Source: Epithemia pelagica (Eukaryota > Protista > Bacillariophyta). From it: a stretch of DNA of 64,000 bases. The position numbers and the translations under genes are program-made. Location: contig OX337239.1 in assembly GCA_946965045.2 (NCBI GenBank), positions 1,116,001 to 1,180,000 of the forward strand, given 5' to 3'. Every line of letters starts with the position of its first letter. The first letter of the stretch is position 1. The notes beneath the pieces were generated by a model, which worked only from the letters and a program-made list of their open reading frames with translations, had not been told where the DNA came from and searched no databases. Positions 1-11,700 of the stretch are shown here, piece after piece.

Positions 1-1
1 A

Positions 2-1699
2 GCTCAGGATGGGCAAACTCCGGATGCTGTTATCAATTTCTTGGAATCGGTTTTGGAAGCAGAAGATGCATCAGTTATTCCCAACGTGACATGTCCTGAT
101 GATGAGACAATGGCTGAGCATGACTTTGTGCGAATGAAGAAAGAACGCGCGAGAAGGCGCAAACAGAGAACTGATGCCGACGGTGAAGAGACACCGGCGC
201 CTTGGTTCCCTTATAACTCGGGGACTTTGGTTGCGGATACCTTACTTGCCACATGTCATGTCAACGCATGGCCATCTGTATACACAGATCCAGCGACTGG
301 GGTGACAGTCGAAACGTCTGGAAAGCATCCCGTGACAAAACTCATCGAACTAACTAAGTGTTGGCTGGAATGGGAGCTCTTTCGTGAACGAGTACGCTCT
401 GATATGGAGGGAAAAGAAGGTGAGACATTGGTCGGCGGGAACTGCTTCGACGTTGTTTCAGCTTGTGCCATTGTGGCTTTGGCAAACCTTGTAATGTTGA
501 AGCAGTGCACAACAACAAGTTCCACCCCCAAGTCGAGTGAACAAAGTTTGGACGATGGAGACACCATAGACCAAGTAACGACAGCAGAATATTATGGTAA
601 TATTCTCGACTCAAAGTTCATTTTGAATGATCTTACAAGAGCTGCAGCGGCGCAAGCCTTGACATGCATCTGTTGTGCAGCGGATCGATTTGAGGTGGAC
701 GCTGCGCCAGCTTTGGGGCTGTTGACTTCTCTGGAAATCTTATTGACTCACATTGCAAGTGATGAAACGTCTCCTTCGCTTCGTCAGACATTGGCGCAAA
801 TCATGATGGATGCATGTACAGGGAAAGTCTGTTCCATGCAACGGGTTGGTGCGATCGCGGGACGGAATGATTTGTATTCATCCGCCTCTCGTTTCTTCTG
901 CGGCCCGCTGGGTTCCAGTCATGGTGGCGACAATGGCAGCTCAATGTTAACAACAGTTTCGGCAGCGTCTTCGCCGGCGGCATCCGCTGTTAACGATGGA
1001 GCGAGACGAGGTCTAAAGTTGCTGAATCGAGCTGGTCACCCCCGCGGCGAGGCCGTTAGCCGTGAAGTTGTGGTTCGTGTCGCAATTTTTGCGACTCGTT
1101 TATGGAGGATAATAAATGGAGAAACCCCGGAACCATGTTCAAACGCTTTTACAAGCAGGTATGCTCGACCGAGTATAGGTGTTTGTGCCTACGACGGAGT
1201 CCTTCGGTGTTCTCTACTGTCTTTGTGGTTGTGGCTCTGGCCAAAGGGATGCTTCGCTGTTCTTCAAGTACAGTCTTGGAAGACTATGGAGAATACACCT
1301 GAATACGCGGCCATCGGTGCGGACCGTGTTATGAAGATTACAGAAGAAGAAAAAGCAGCGGCTGCTGTGGAAGAGAACTCATTGAATGAACTAGGGCGCT
1401 TGGTTCAAATGGAAATTGACCGTCAAGCTTGGCGAGGTGAAATGGCTTCCAAATCCTACACCCTGTTCAAGGCGGTCGGTGGAAGTGGAGCAGCTGCATC
1501 GGTTGATACGGGCGCAGCTGAGCAGGGTATTGGTCAACCATTACCACCTATTCAGCGGGATGCAGCATTCAAACAAGGTGGTTGGATTGCATCAGCGGCG
1601 CAGCAACGCAGAGCATTAGCGTTGGACGGAGGAACGGTCGTGACAAAGCTACGTCTCAAGGTTGGAAACAGCAACACTGGTGGAAATGGAACTAAATAA
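2..1699 (+). CDS. 3' part of a large helical-repeat-like protein running in from the left edge; possibly the TFIID subunit TAF2 C-terminal region
   Basis: The frame is open from position 2 (AQDGQTPDAVINFL...) to TAA at 1697-1699. The spacing of VADTLLA / WLEWELFR / DVVSACAIVAL / RAAAAQAL / IASDETSPSLRQ loosely recalls TAF2 C-terminal helices; this is recall only and was not verified. Confidence 0.5.
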   Translation, partial: AQDGQTPDAVINFLESVLEAEDASVIPNVTCPDDETMAEHDFVRMKKERARRRKQRTDADGEETPAPWFPYNSGTLVADTLLATCHVNAWPSVYTDPATGVTVETSGKHPVTKLIELTKCWLEWELFRERVRSDMEGKEGETLVGGNCFDVVSACAIVALANLVMLKQCTTTSSTPKSSEQSLDDGDTIDQVTTAEYYGNILDSKFILNDLTRAAAAQALTCICCAADRFEVDAAPALGLLTSLEILLTHIASDETSPSLRQTLAQIMMDACTGKVCSMQRVGAIAGRNDLYSSASRFFCGPLGSSHGGDNGSSMLTTVSAASSPAASAVNDGARRGLKLLNRAGHPRGEAVSREVVVRVAIFATRLWRIINGETPEPCSNAFTSRYARPSIGVCAYDGVLRCSLLSLWLWLWPKGCFAVLQVQSWKTMENTPEYAAIGADRVMKITEEEKAAAAVEENSLNELGRLVQMEIDRQAWRGEMASKSYTLFKAVGGSGAAASVDTGAAEQGIGQPLPPIQRDAAFKQGGWIASAAQQRRALALDGGTVVTKLRLKVGNSNTGGNGTK

Positions 1700-2608
1700 A
1701 CTATGATCATATCCGATGTTGAGATTGACGGGTTGTATGAGCAGAGCGTCCGAATCACAAAAAGTACATACTTGGGCATCGTCTCTATGGTGACTGGGGA
1801 CACCGCCCGAATGTGCGACATGCATCCTCACGGCGGATCGGTCGCGGTTCACGAAACGACGATGGGCAAAAGGTCCGAGGAGATGATGAGATCCTTCGAC
1901 ATTTTGTTGGTTGTTCCATGGTGCAGTTGGTGATGTCAATATCACTCTATTCTGAAGACGCTTGACCCACGACGAGTGAAGGAAGCAGAAGCAACAGCTG
2001 TGAGGGTATCTTGATCGGCTTTAGGGTGTTGGATCCTTGTTGTTCCTATTCCTAGAACCTGTTCCTTACGCTTCTACATGGTTCCTACCTACCGAGTCTT
2101 TTTTGTTCCTTCTCTTCCCTGAGTGTCCTGTGAAATCACGGTCAACGGTCAACCGATGCTCTGGTTTTTGCATCACTGGCGCTTGACTAATTCCGTTTTG
2201 GAGCATCAAGGAACATCTCCATCTTGTTCAAACGGGCAATTCAGTGTTCATAGAACCACCACCACGAGGACTATTCTTTCGTCTTCGCCAGCCTATCAAT
2301 CCAGAAGGTAGCAATCCAGAAGATCGCTATCACCCCTGTCATCGTTTTCCGGCTTTCCTTGCCGTTCATTTGGCGGTCAAGGATGACTATTGTCGGCAGC
2401 AAGTTTTTGACCACCAGTAGACAAGTTACACTTTGTTCATCTCTCGTCTTCCTGAAACGTCCTTCTTTTCTATTCCAGATACTTCATGATCATGTGTAGA
2501 TACAGCGCAGATTGGCACTGCGTCCAATGGTGTTGATCCTTTCATAAAATAGCCACACTCGAGGACGAAAAGCTCGTACTAGAACCATATTGGCCGACAT
2601 TCAACAAA

Positions 2609-4923
2609 ATGAGTACCATTGGCGAAGAAAGGCACATTGAGGATCAGACAATGGAAAACATTCCTGTGGTCGATTCATTCAATTCTAGCAAGCATGGTTC
2701 CTCATCAACAAACATGGATTCCTCCGTTCTCAAGTTTCAAGATATCAATTTTGTTGTCAAGGGCAGTGGCAGCACCAAAAAGGACAACAGCCAAAAGTAT
2801 ATTTTGTCTGATGTTTCTGGTAGCCTCCGGTCCGGTCATGTTCTTGCCAGTACGTCGTGCCTTTCAAAATCATGAGTAAAGTCCCGACTGCCAACTTGAT
2901 TGATTCTCACATGTAATTTGTGTGACTTTTTTGTTTGTAATATAATGGGATTGTTCAGTCATGGGTCCATCGGGAGCTGGAAAGACGACCTTGATTTCCT
3001 CCTTGACATTGGATGCTCATTACGGCAAGGCCATTGGAAAAGTGACGCTTAATGGCGTTCCATTGACGGATCAAATCTTTAAACAGCACTGTTTTGTCGT
3101 CAAGCAACACGATAAGCATTGGCCCTACTTAACCTGTCGCGAAACGCTCGAGTATGCCGCTCAGCTCTACCATACAGGTGGTTCTGCAGAGGAACGTGAC
3201 GCCTTGGTGTCAAACACCATTGACAAAATGGGATTGCAAGTCTGTGCCGATACACGAAATGCCCGTTTGTCGGGTGGTCAACAACGTCGATTGTCGGTCG
3301 GTATTGCCTTGTTGAAACAACCCCGTGTCTTGTTTTTGGACGAACCCACCAGTGGTTTGGATGCGGCGTCGTCTTCAGCCATTATGCATGAAATTGTTCG
3401 CGTGGCGCGTGATGAGCGCTTGATTATTCTTTGTACCATTCATCAACCTTCCACCAAGGTTTATGAAGGATTTGATCGTATCTTGTTAATGTCGCGTGGA
3501 CGGAGTGCCTATATGGGTGATGTCAAAGAAGCGGAATCTTATTTTGAAAGCATTGGGCATGCACTCCCACCCTCTACCAACCCCGCCGAAGTGAGTATCG
3601 AATGATGCTCAGTTCTTGTAACACCACTCTGGTGCGTCTCTGACAGTGCTGAATTTTTGATTCATGATTGTTTCTTGTTCTTCTTGGCAGTTTTACCTTG
3701 ATTTGGTGAATGCTGATTTTTCCGATGAAAGTGCTGTGGAAAAATTGCTGGATACTTGGGAAGAAAATAGAGATGAGAATGGTAATTCCACACACCATTC
3801 CCGTCTCGGTGCCACGGAACATGAAGGTCATGACGAGGATGATGACGAAACAAATGGTGTCGTCCATCTCGACAAGGCCCCGTTTTGGCAGGAATTTATG
3901 ATCATGCTCCGGCGTGAGGGAACCATGATTGTCCGGGATCCCATTTTGTATACTGGTCGTTGTGGCATGTTTTTGTTGACTTGTATGATGTTTTCCCTGG
4001 TCTATCTGGAAGCTCGTAATTACACGCAGGATCAAGCCCTCAACAAATTTTGGTTGACAGCCTGGTTGGTGGGTGTCCCTTCCAATATGGGCGTTGTAGC
4101 CGTTTACGCTCTCAATGAAGAATTCAAATCCATTTTGAGTGAAACCAAGAATGGCATGGTATCCGGATTGGCCTATGTCGTGGCCAAATCCATCTTGGTG
4201 CTTCCCATTATGATTCTATTTGCCATTTTTGGTCTTGGAATCCCCTTGTTTGCAGTAAGTACTAGTCGGATAAAATTTCCCTCGGAAGATGAGAGAATCA
4301 TTCCTCATCATGTGTGTACAATAACAATGTCATGACACAGGTTCAAGACGTACCGGGCGAAGCGTTTGGAATCATGATTGGCCTTTATGCCGCTCTCATG
4401 TTCACCTTTGAAGCTGTTGCCGAGTGTCTGTCGGTTTGGTTTGACGACCCCATTCTGGGCATGCTTCAATTCATGAACTTTTGGTACGAACGGACCCTGT
4501 TGCGCAAGAACCGCGTGTGAGAATATCCCCATCTCACGACGATTGGATTGTTTCAGGTTTGCCTCCTTTTTGTTTGGTGGTTTCTTGATTCCCTTGGAAG
4601 ATTTGTACTGGCCCTTTGAGCTCTTTTATTATGTAATGCCCTACAGCTACTTTATGCGCTCGGCCATTTACGAACAATACTCGGCCTCCACGTGGGAGGC
4701 GTGTACCAATCCAGACGACAGTCGTGGTGTGTGTGTGGACAGTACTTCGGGTCTCGACGTGTTGGATGGATTGGGTGAGATTCTTCCCCTCTTTTCCTCG
4801 TCGGATGAAACAGCCTTTGATTTGACCATTATTGTCGTGATTGGTGTCGTGTACAAGTTGTTTTATATTGTGGGCGTTCTCTACAAGTCGTCCTTGACGA
4901 CCAAGTTTCACCACCACACCTAA
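2609..4923 (+). CDS. ABCG: ABC transporter G family (White-like half transporter), 5 exons
   Basis: Exons 2609-2849, 2959-3590, 3691-4254, 4341-4483, 4557-4923 joined by GT-AG introns that keep frame. Walker A GPSGAGKTT, signature LSGGQQRR, Walker B LFLDEPTSGLD, H-loop TIHQP, then an ABC2 membrane domain. Confidence 0.93.
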
Positions 4924-4950
4924 GAGAGAGAGAGAGAGAGAGAGAGACGA
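4923..4950 (+). repeat. (GA)n microsatellite immediately after the ABCG stop codon
   Basis: taagagagagagagagagagagagagacgaga read directly. Confidence 0.9.
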
Positions 4951-5297
4951 GACTCTGTATAGGATGCAACGGAATCTACACCAGCATACAAAACACACAC
5001 AAGATCATTCCCTATGTTTCATTGAGAATTTGTGATACGAGCAAGGTAACAAAGTTAAGCTTTTCTTCAATATCCAAAGTGCGTCTTGCGGTCACCCTGC
5101 GGGAGTAGAGTAGCTTGAGTGTTGGCAAGAACATACTGTTGCAGCATTCCATCCACTGTGGCCAATTCCCCATTCTCTAGATCCACAGCTATGGACACAA
5201 CAGGGGGAGTGTCATGTGACTATTTGGATTCCAGCGGCGGGCTGGATCCTGTCAAATCGGTGCAATTGTTGGCCAGCAAGGAGTGCTCCTCATCATG

Positions 5298-5804
5298 TCA
5301 AGTGTCAAGGATTGCGGGTTTCGGACACTTTTCCAGATCCTTGTGTTCGTCGTCGTTGTCGACCGTGGACGAAGCCGCCGTTCCCTGCGATTGGGCATCC
5401 TCGTCGTTTGGCTGTTGCACAGTGTTGGTACGAGAATGGCCCGGGGCTTGTTCCGGTTGTGTTGTTGTTGTTGGTTGTCGTGCCGCGGTCCACTGTCGTC
5501 GTTCTTCCTTGGTTCGACAATAACAACACACGAGTGCGGCAAAGAGGATCCCAACCACAAATACCAGCACGACAATTTTTGTCACCAACGACGAGGAGGA
5601 TGATGATTCCTCGTCGTCCTCATGGTGGTTCCCATGATGCAGTCCGGTCCCACCGCGGACACGTCCTAGACTGCCACCACCGCCACCACTGGCTTTGCGA
5701 CCGTCCGTAACCGGCACCAGTAAGGCCCAGGAAACGAGCCAACAATAATACACGCTGGACGATAGCCGGGGTTCCCAGTGTGAGGTAATGGTCGTGGTCG
5801 TCAT
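5298..5804 (-). CDS. Small single-pass membrane protein of unknown function
   Basis: 168-aa ATG ORF with a hydrophobic N-terminal segment, Gly/His/acidic linker, TM helix KIVVLVFVVGILFAALV followed by CCYC and a Thr/Gln-rich tail. Confidence 0.5.
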   Translation of the reverse strand: MTTTTITSHWEPRLSSSVYYCWLVSWALLVPVTDGRKASGGGGGSLGRVRGGTGLHHGNHHEDDEESSSSSSLVTKIVVLVFVVGILFAALVCCYCRTKEERRQWTAARQPTTTTQPEQAPGHSRTNTVQQPNDEDAQSQGTAASSTVDNDDEHKDLEKCPKPAILDT

Positions 5805-6367
5805 GGTCGATATTCAGCTTTTTTGTTTTTGTGTGAAAGGGACCAGCCGGATACAAGTGTATTCGTAGGAGTATTCGGATCTTTTAGGAGCAACCGATGC
5901 CAATATACACCCTACCAATTAGTGTTTCCCAAGAAGAATGCATCTTTGCGACCTACTCGCGAATATTAAAAGAGCGACCGTGAGTCGCGATTGTACTATT
6001 CCGCAGACGCACACGATGCACGTGGAGCCGACAACACCACCGCCGGTACAACGTCATTCGGAACCCAGTCAGCCACAACGAATCCCCAAAGAAGGGAGAG
6101 AGAATAGAGCGAATTCCATTAGCCATAACACAAATAATTGGGGGAGCAAATCGAGCAACGAGAGACGAGAGAAACCTTTTGTCTTCTCTTCTCTTGGAAT
6201 CTTTATGGGGAGGCAACAACGTCAACCAGTCTCTCCCATCTCCAATCTTCTCCTCTCTCCTCTCCTTGTTGACTCTTCAATCAACAAGGGACGCAACAGG
6301 AAAACGACAACACACAGCAAACCCAAACAAGTCTTGGAAGCTGCAGTATTGAACACAAAACATTAGA

Positions 6368-7735
6368 ATGACATACGTACGACGAGACAGCGGTTCTTCG
6401 TCGTGCCGGCTCTTGCGGGAGCAGTGTGGCAGTATCCTTGTGGTGCTTTGGATGTTGACGTGCTGTTATTGGCAACCATGTTGGTCCCTGGTACTGCCGA
6501 CTACTGTCTTGAGACCCCTGTCGTCGTCCCCAACCACACGAGTGGCGTTCCAGTCACGACAACAACGACAAGGACAACATTCGTCCATGGAACCATCATC
6601 ATTATCATACTCCTCGAGACTGTCGTCGTCAACCACCCGTCTGCGGATGGAAACGGTCGAATACGACGTGGCCATTGTGGGCGGTGGACCGGCCGGGTGT
6701 ACCTGTGCCTTGTACACGTCGCGGGCCGACTTGTCGACCATTATTTTGGACAAGAATCCCGCCGTCGGGGCCTTGGCCATTACCAGTCACATTGCCAATT
6801 ATCCCGGCGTTGATCGGAGCATGTCCGGTGCCGAACTCTTGGAACAAATGAAGCAACAAGCCGTCCAATATGGGACTCGCTACGAACGGGCTCAAGTCTT
6901 TTATATTGACGTGGTGCAAGACGACGACACGCCACCATCCGAGGATCCATCGGCCACCACGGCCGCCAAGACGCCGACAACGGGATACACCAAGGTGGTG
7001 TACACACCGGAATTGACCGTCAAGGCCCGCGCCTTGGTCTTGGCGACGGGTGCCATGGGTCGGTCCATGCCATTTTTACCGGGCGAAGAAGAATTTTTGG
7101 GCAGCGGTGTGAGTTATTGTGCCACGTGCGATGGTGCCTTTTACCGAGACGCGGACGTGGCCGTGTACGGGGCCACCCGGGAGGCCATGGACGAGGCCCT
7201 TTTTTTGACCAAATTTGCTCGCACCGTGCATTGGATCACCCCCACCAATGTCGCGGCCTGTTTGGAACGCAACAAGGAATTGGTCAATATCGAATGCAAT
7301 GCCATGTTTGATGAAGAAGGACTCCGGCAATTGTTGGCCGAACCCAATGTGAAGCATTGGAACAAGAAACGCATGGTCAATGTCGTGGGGGAAAATGGGG
7401 CCGTCACGGGTGTGACAGTCAAGGACATTTCGCAGCCGGACAGCGAACAAGTCATTGCCGTCGAAGGGGCCTTTATCTACAGTGCTGGGGGCGGTAGCAA
7501 ACCCATTACCGACTTTTGCCAATCCACGGTCGACTTGGACGACCAAGGCGGGGTCATTGTCAATGTCGATAGTATGGAAACCTCGGTTCCCGGTATTTTT
7601 GCCATTGGGGACATTCGCAATACCGCCTTCAAACAAGTCGTCGTGGCGGCGGCCGATGGATGCATGGCCGCCATGGCGATTGAAAAATTCCTCAAGGGTC
7701 GGAATCGCGTCAAGGTGGATTGGATTCACAAGTAG
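6368..7735 (+). CDS. Flavin thioredoxin reductase (TrxB fold), FFTR/DTR-like, with bipartite plastid presequence; intronless
   Basis: FAD motif VAIVGGGPAG, LATGA, redox CATCDG, GDIR, C-terminal VKVDWIHK. The ~90-aa N-terminal extension is a hydrophobic signal (...PCWS-LVLP) plus a Ser/Thr/Arg-rich transit region. Confidence 0.92.
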   Translation: MTYVRRDSGSSSCRLLREQCGSILVVLWMLTCCYWQPCWSLVLPTTVLRPLSSSPTTRVAFQSRQQRQGQHSSMEPSSLSYSSRLSSSTTRLRMETVEYDVAIVGGGPAGCTCALYTSRADLSTIILDKNPAVGALAITSHIANYPGVDRSMSGAELLEQMKQQAVQYGTRYERAQVFYIDVVQDDDTPPSEDPSATTAAKTPTTGYTKVVYTPELTVKARALVLATGAMGRSMPFLPGEEEFLGSGVSYCATCDGAFYRDADVAVYGATREAMDEALFLTKFARTVHWITPTNVAACLERNKELVNIECNAMFDEEGLRQLLAEPNVKHWNKKRMVNVVGENGAVTGVTVKDISQPDSEQVIAVEGAFIYSAGGGSKPITDFCQSTVDLDDQGGVIVNVDSMETSVPGIFAIGDIRNTAFKQVVVAAADGCMAAMAIEKFLKGRNRVKVDWIHK

Positions 7736-8782
7736 TAGAACCACAAAAAGAGGTTGAATGTGGCCATGACGATTCGTATTACTCCTACTATACACTTTTT
7801 CACCAGAACAATTCGATAGAGCTAAGGATAGTTTCAAGTTCTAGCTCTATGCAATAGGATGAATGCTTTTCCCTGCGGGTCGTCTCTCGTTGTCATTCGT
7901 CCATACGAATCTAGTCTTCTCCCTATTTTCTGTGAGCGACTCTTGTGTGCGTGTGTCCAGGTTCCAAACAGTCTCAATGTCGGCAAATCTATACAGGACG
8001 CACGCACTTTTTGGTCCACATCATGGCGGGACCACCCGCGGTTGGTCCTCAAGTCCTATTGTATACGAGGGTAGGACGGGGGAAGGGAGGTTCGAAGTTT
8101 AGAGGACAAACCGTTTTCCTCCAGTAACGATATGGATTTAGGAGCATATGATGGTGACTCGAATCAAGACTATGATTGTGGCATCTGGCATGCTTGTGGA
8201 AGCATTAGGGTTATTTCCTATTCCTACTAGGAGTAACAAAATCCGTACCTTACATGCTATGTGTGCTCCGTGTTAGGTAGTTCAAAGAAACGTAATGTAG
8301 CGGCCCGTACGCGCTCTCGTTACTCGCCCGGCGCGAGGGATCGTGTCACCAACCATGTCGGCGGTTTCACGCGCAGGGGTGATGCAGGACACGCTCGGCA
8401 TCCGTGTGAGCGAACAATGAGCGAGGCGGCGAGCATTCGGAACCAAAGCACCCTCGGTTTGGGGATCGGGATTGGCGACCCAGTCGGTGGCAATGGGCTA
8501 TTGGCAATAAACCAACGAACGTGTCCTCCCGTTCTGAATGTTTTTTGGAGAAGAAAAGGTTGTGTCCAACACATTTAAAACGAGTATTATCTATCGTAGT
8601 GCGTCGTCGTCGATCCACAGAAAAAAGCAACCACAAGTGGCTGTTATTATTGTTGACTGTGGATTGTTGCGGTTGTTGATCTTTCAAAATTCATTGTTGT
8701 CCGGTCATCCTCCTTCAATTCAAAGGAACAAAACCACCACACAGACAAGTCTATATCATTATCAGTCATCCATACAACCACC

Positions 8783-11700
8783 ATGGTGTTGAAACAAATT
8801 CGGTTGCAAGATCATGTCACGGGTCAAGCCTTGGGCGAACAATCCTTGCGGGTCGACTCGTGGAATCCTCAATCCAAGACAGCATCGCACGTATCCAAAT
8901 CCTCGTCGTCGTCGTCCACCAATCCTACAACAACGACTCATAAGGAGGAGGAGGAGGAACTTGGTTCGGCGGCTCCCACCACGGTTCGATTGCAGGACCA
9001 TTCGACGGGACAAGACGTGGCCCATGTGTCTCGAGAAACGACCGAGGTGTTGCCCAGCGAAACCTTGGTGAGTCTTCCGCCAGAAGAGACCAACGAAGAA
9101 TTGGAGCAAGATCAAAAGATTTCCAACCTCGTGTTGGCCACACAAGCGTTGCGAGAAGCCACCTTGCGCAACAGCGGCAAGTCACGCGTCCAAGAAACCG
9201 AGAACAGTACTCCTGCAACTACTACTACCACAACCACAACCACAGACAAGGACGAGGAAAAGAAGGACGAGGAAGAGAAGGACAAGGAGACGGACAAGGA
9301 ATTGGAAGACAACCACAAGAATGAAGACAAGCAGCAACCAGAAGAGCCGGCGATTCTAGGACCTCCCACCACGACGGATACCAAAACCGTGTCTCCCTCC
9401 ACCTTGATTGACACTTCGGATGCCACCACGACAATTCCAGCACCGCACACAACGACGAACAAGACGGAGGATGAGCGAGACGATGACAGTGTGTGGGATC
9501 GAGACGACGATATCACGACGACAACAGTTCCGTCGTACAATCAAACGGCATTGGGTCGTGCTCTGGCCGACTTGTCCTCGTCCTCGGCAACCACCACCAA
9601 CAACACCAACAAAACCAAGTCCCTGTTACCCACCTTGTTGTGGAATCGTCAGTCGGCTTCCATCCCTGCCCTCAAGGTGACGACCCGTCATGGCAAACTC
9701 AAACCGCGGTACTTGAGCATGACCGCGGATCGATTGGCCTTGGTCGTGTCGCATAAGCAACCCCCCAAGTCGACCAACAACAACTTTGCCTCGACGACGA
9801 ATCAGGCTGCTCATACCAAATGGATTGATGTGGCCGATTGGGTGTCGTGGCAAGTGGGTGTCGTGGGATCGCAAGTACTGGAACGCGCACGGACCGTCTC
9901 CCGATTGAGTGGTCATGACGATCCCGTCTTGGACGAAGGACGTCGACCCCAAACCTTGGTCACCTTGTGGTATCACAATACGACACCGACAACCAATGAT
10001 GGCAGCGGTCCAACGACCACGACCACGAGTAGTGGTGCAACGTCCACAACCACCCTGGAAACACTCAATGTAGTGATTGCCAAGGAGGAGGATCGGCAGT
10101 CGTTGCTGTACACATTGCAAACCTTGTATCAAACCTATCATGGTCCCGACATTTCTTCATGGGTACCCGATCAAGCCTTGCAATTGCGTCGGGCGTGGTG
10201 TCGTCGGGTCTTGTACAATCCCCACAGTAGCAGTAACCACCAGCAGAAAAAGAAGAACAAGAACAAGAAACACCTCAAAAAGAACCACACCAGCCAACCC
10301 AACGACGAAACGACCATAACGGCCGCCGAGTTTGCCGCCTTGGTGCAAGAAGATTTGGCGTGGCCCGTACCGCAAGTGTACAAGGAATTTCAACTCTTTT
10401 GTCAAGCCTTGGATCAACGACGACAACACGTGACATCCCTGGACCAATCGGACGCCATGATTCAAAAACGACACCAGGGCTCCTCGTCGTCCCACCTCAA
10501 GGCCTCCTCCTCCATGACCATGACGACCAGCACCACAAAGACGACTACTCTAAATTTTGCCCAAACAATGGCGCTCTTGCAACAATTGAAACGACGCTCG
10601 GAATCTCTCCAACTCTTTCAACAACATCAATCGTCGTCATCGACCAAACCAGGCACAACGACGACGACCACGGGCACGGTGACTCCGACCTTGGCCTTGC
10701 CGGCCTGGACCAACAATGGCCGAACGACCAGTACCAAAACGACCGTGGCCAATAGTATTTGGAATGAAGTGTTTGGTCCGCAACGTCAGTCCGTGACGGT
10801 TCAAGAATTTGGCAAGGAATTTTTGCACAAGATTCAAGGCATGACGCACTACTCGCAAGGACAGGTTCGGGAATTGGTACAGTCGCTACAAGTATTGGAA
10901 TGGCACTTGTATGGCAAGGAATCTCGAAAGGCGGCTCAGATCATGAGCGAAATGCCCAAGCAACAACAACAACAACAACAACAAGAAAAACAACAAGATT
11001 CTACCAAAACGAAAAAGCAGGGTGAATCGTTGGAATTGACTCGCAATCGATTTGAATTGTACTTGATGGATGCCACCCTCAACAGTGCGTACAATGTTGT
11101 GGACAGCAGCCAGAGTAGTGATTTGACCCATCCCTTGTCCCATTATTGGATCAATTCTAGTTTTAATACCCACCAGGTAGGAAATGGGGCCATCGCGTCC
11201 GTGGAAATGTACCTCTTGGCCTTGCAACGAGGATGCAAATGCTTGGATTTGACCGTGTGGGATGGACAAGTAACAACCACAACGAAATCATCGACCAAGT
11301 CCTTGTATTGGCCAGTCGTGGTCGACCGTGTGCCGTCTTCCAACGGTGGCGGTATTCTCTTTGTGGATGTCTTGAAGGCTATCAAGGCCTACATTCAACA
11401 TTCCAATCCCCAAACCTATCCAATCATTTTGTCGTTGGAAACCCATTGCAGTGCACCTTTCCAAATGGCCATGGCGAAGAATTTGGAGGACGTTTTGGGC
11501 CAAGACAACACCTTGTACATTCCACCCAAGGACAGTCAAACCAGCACAACCCTACCGTCTCCGCAAGAATTGATTGGCAAAGTTGTGGTCATGGGCAAAC
11601 GTCCTTACGAAGCCAACGATGAGGAAATGACGACCGAAGACGAACCTGTCGGGGAAGATGAAACGAAGGATGATTCATTCCGTTCCGATAAGGATTCTGA

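Noticed and set aside
1703-1933. 76-aa ORF right after the first gene
   Set aside because: Short, with no motif; more likely 3' UTR.
7076-7837. Long antisense ORFs over real genes (7076-7837, 22365-23330, 42276-43394, 48076-48795 and similar)
   Set aside because: Shadow ORFs arising from codon bias and low-complexity repeats on the coding strand.
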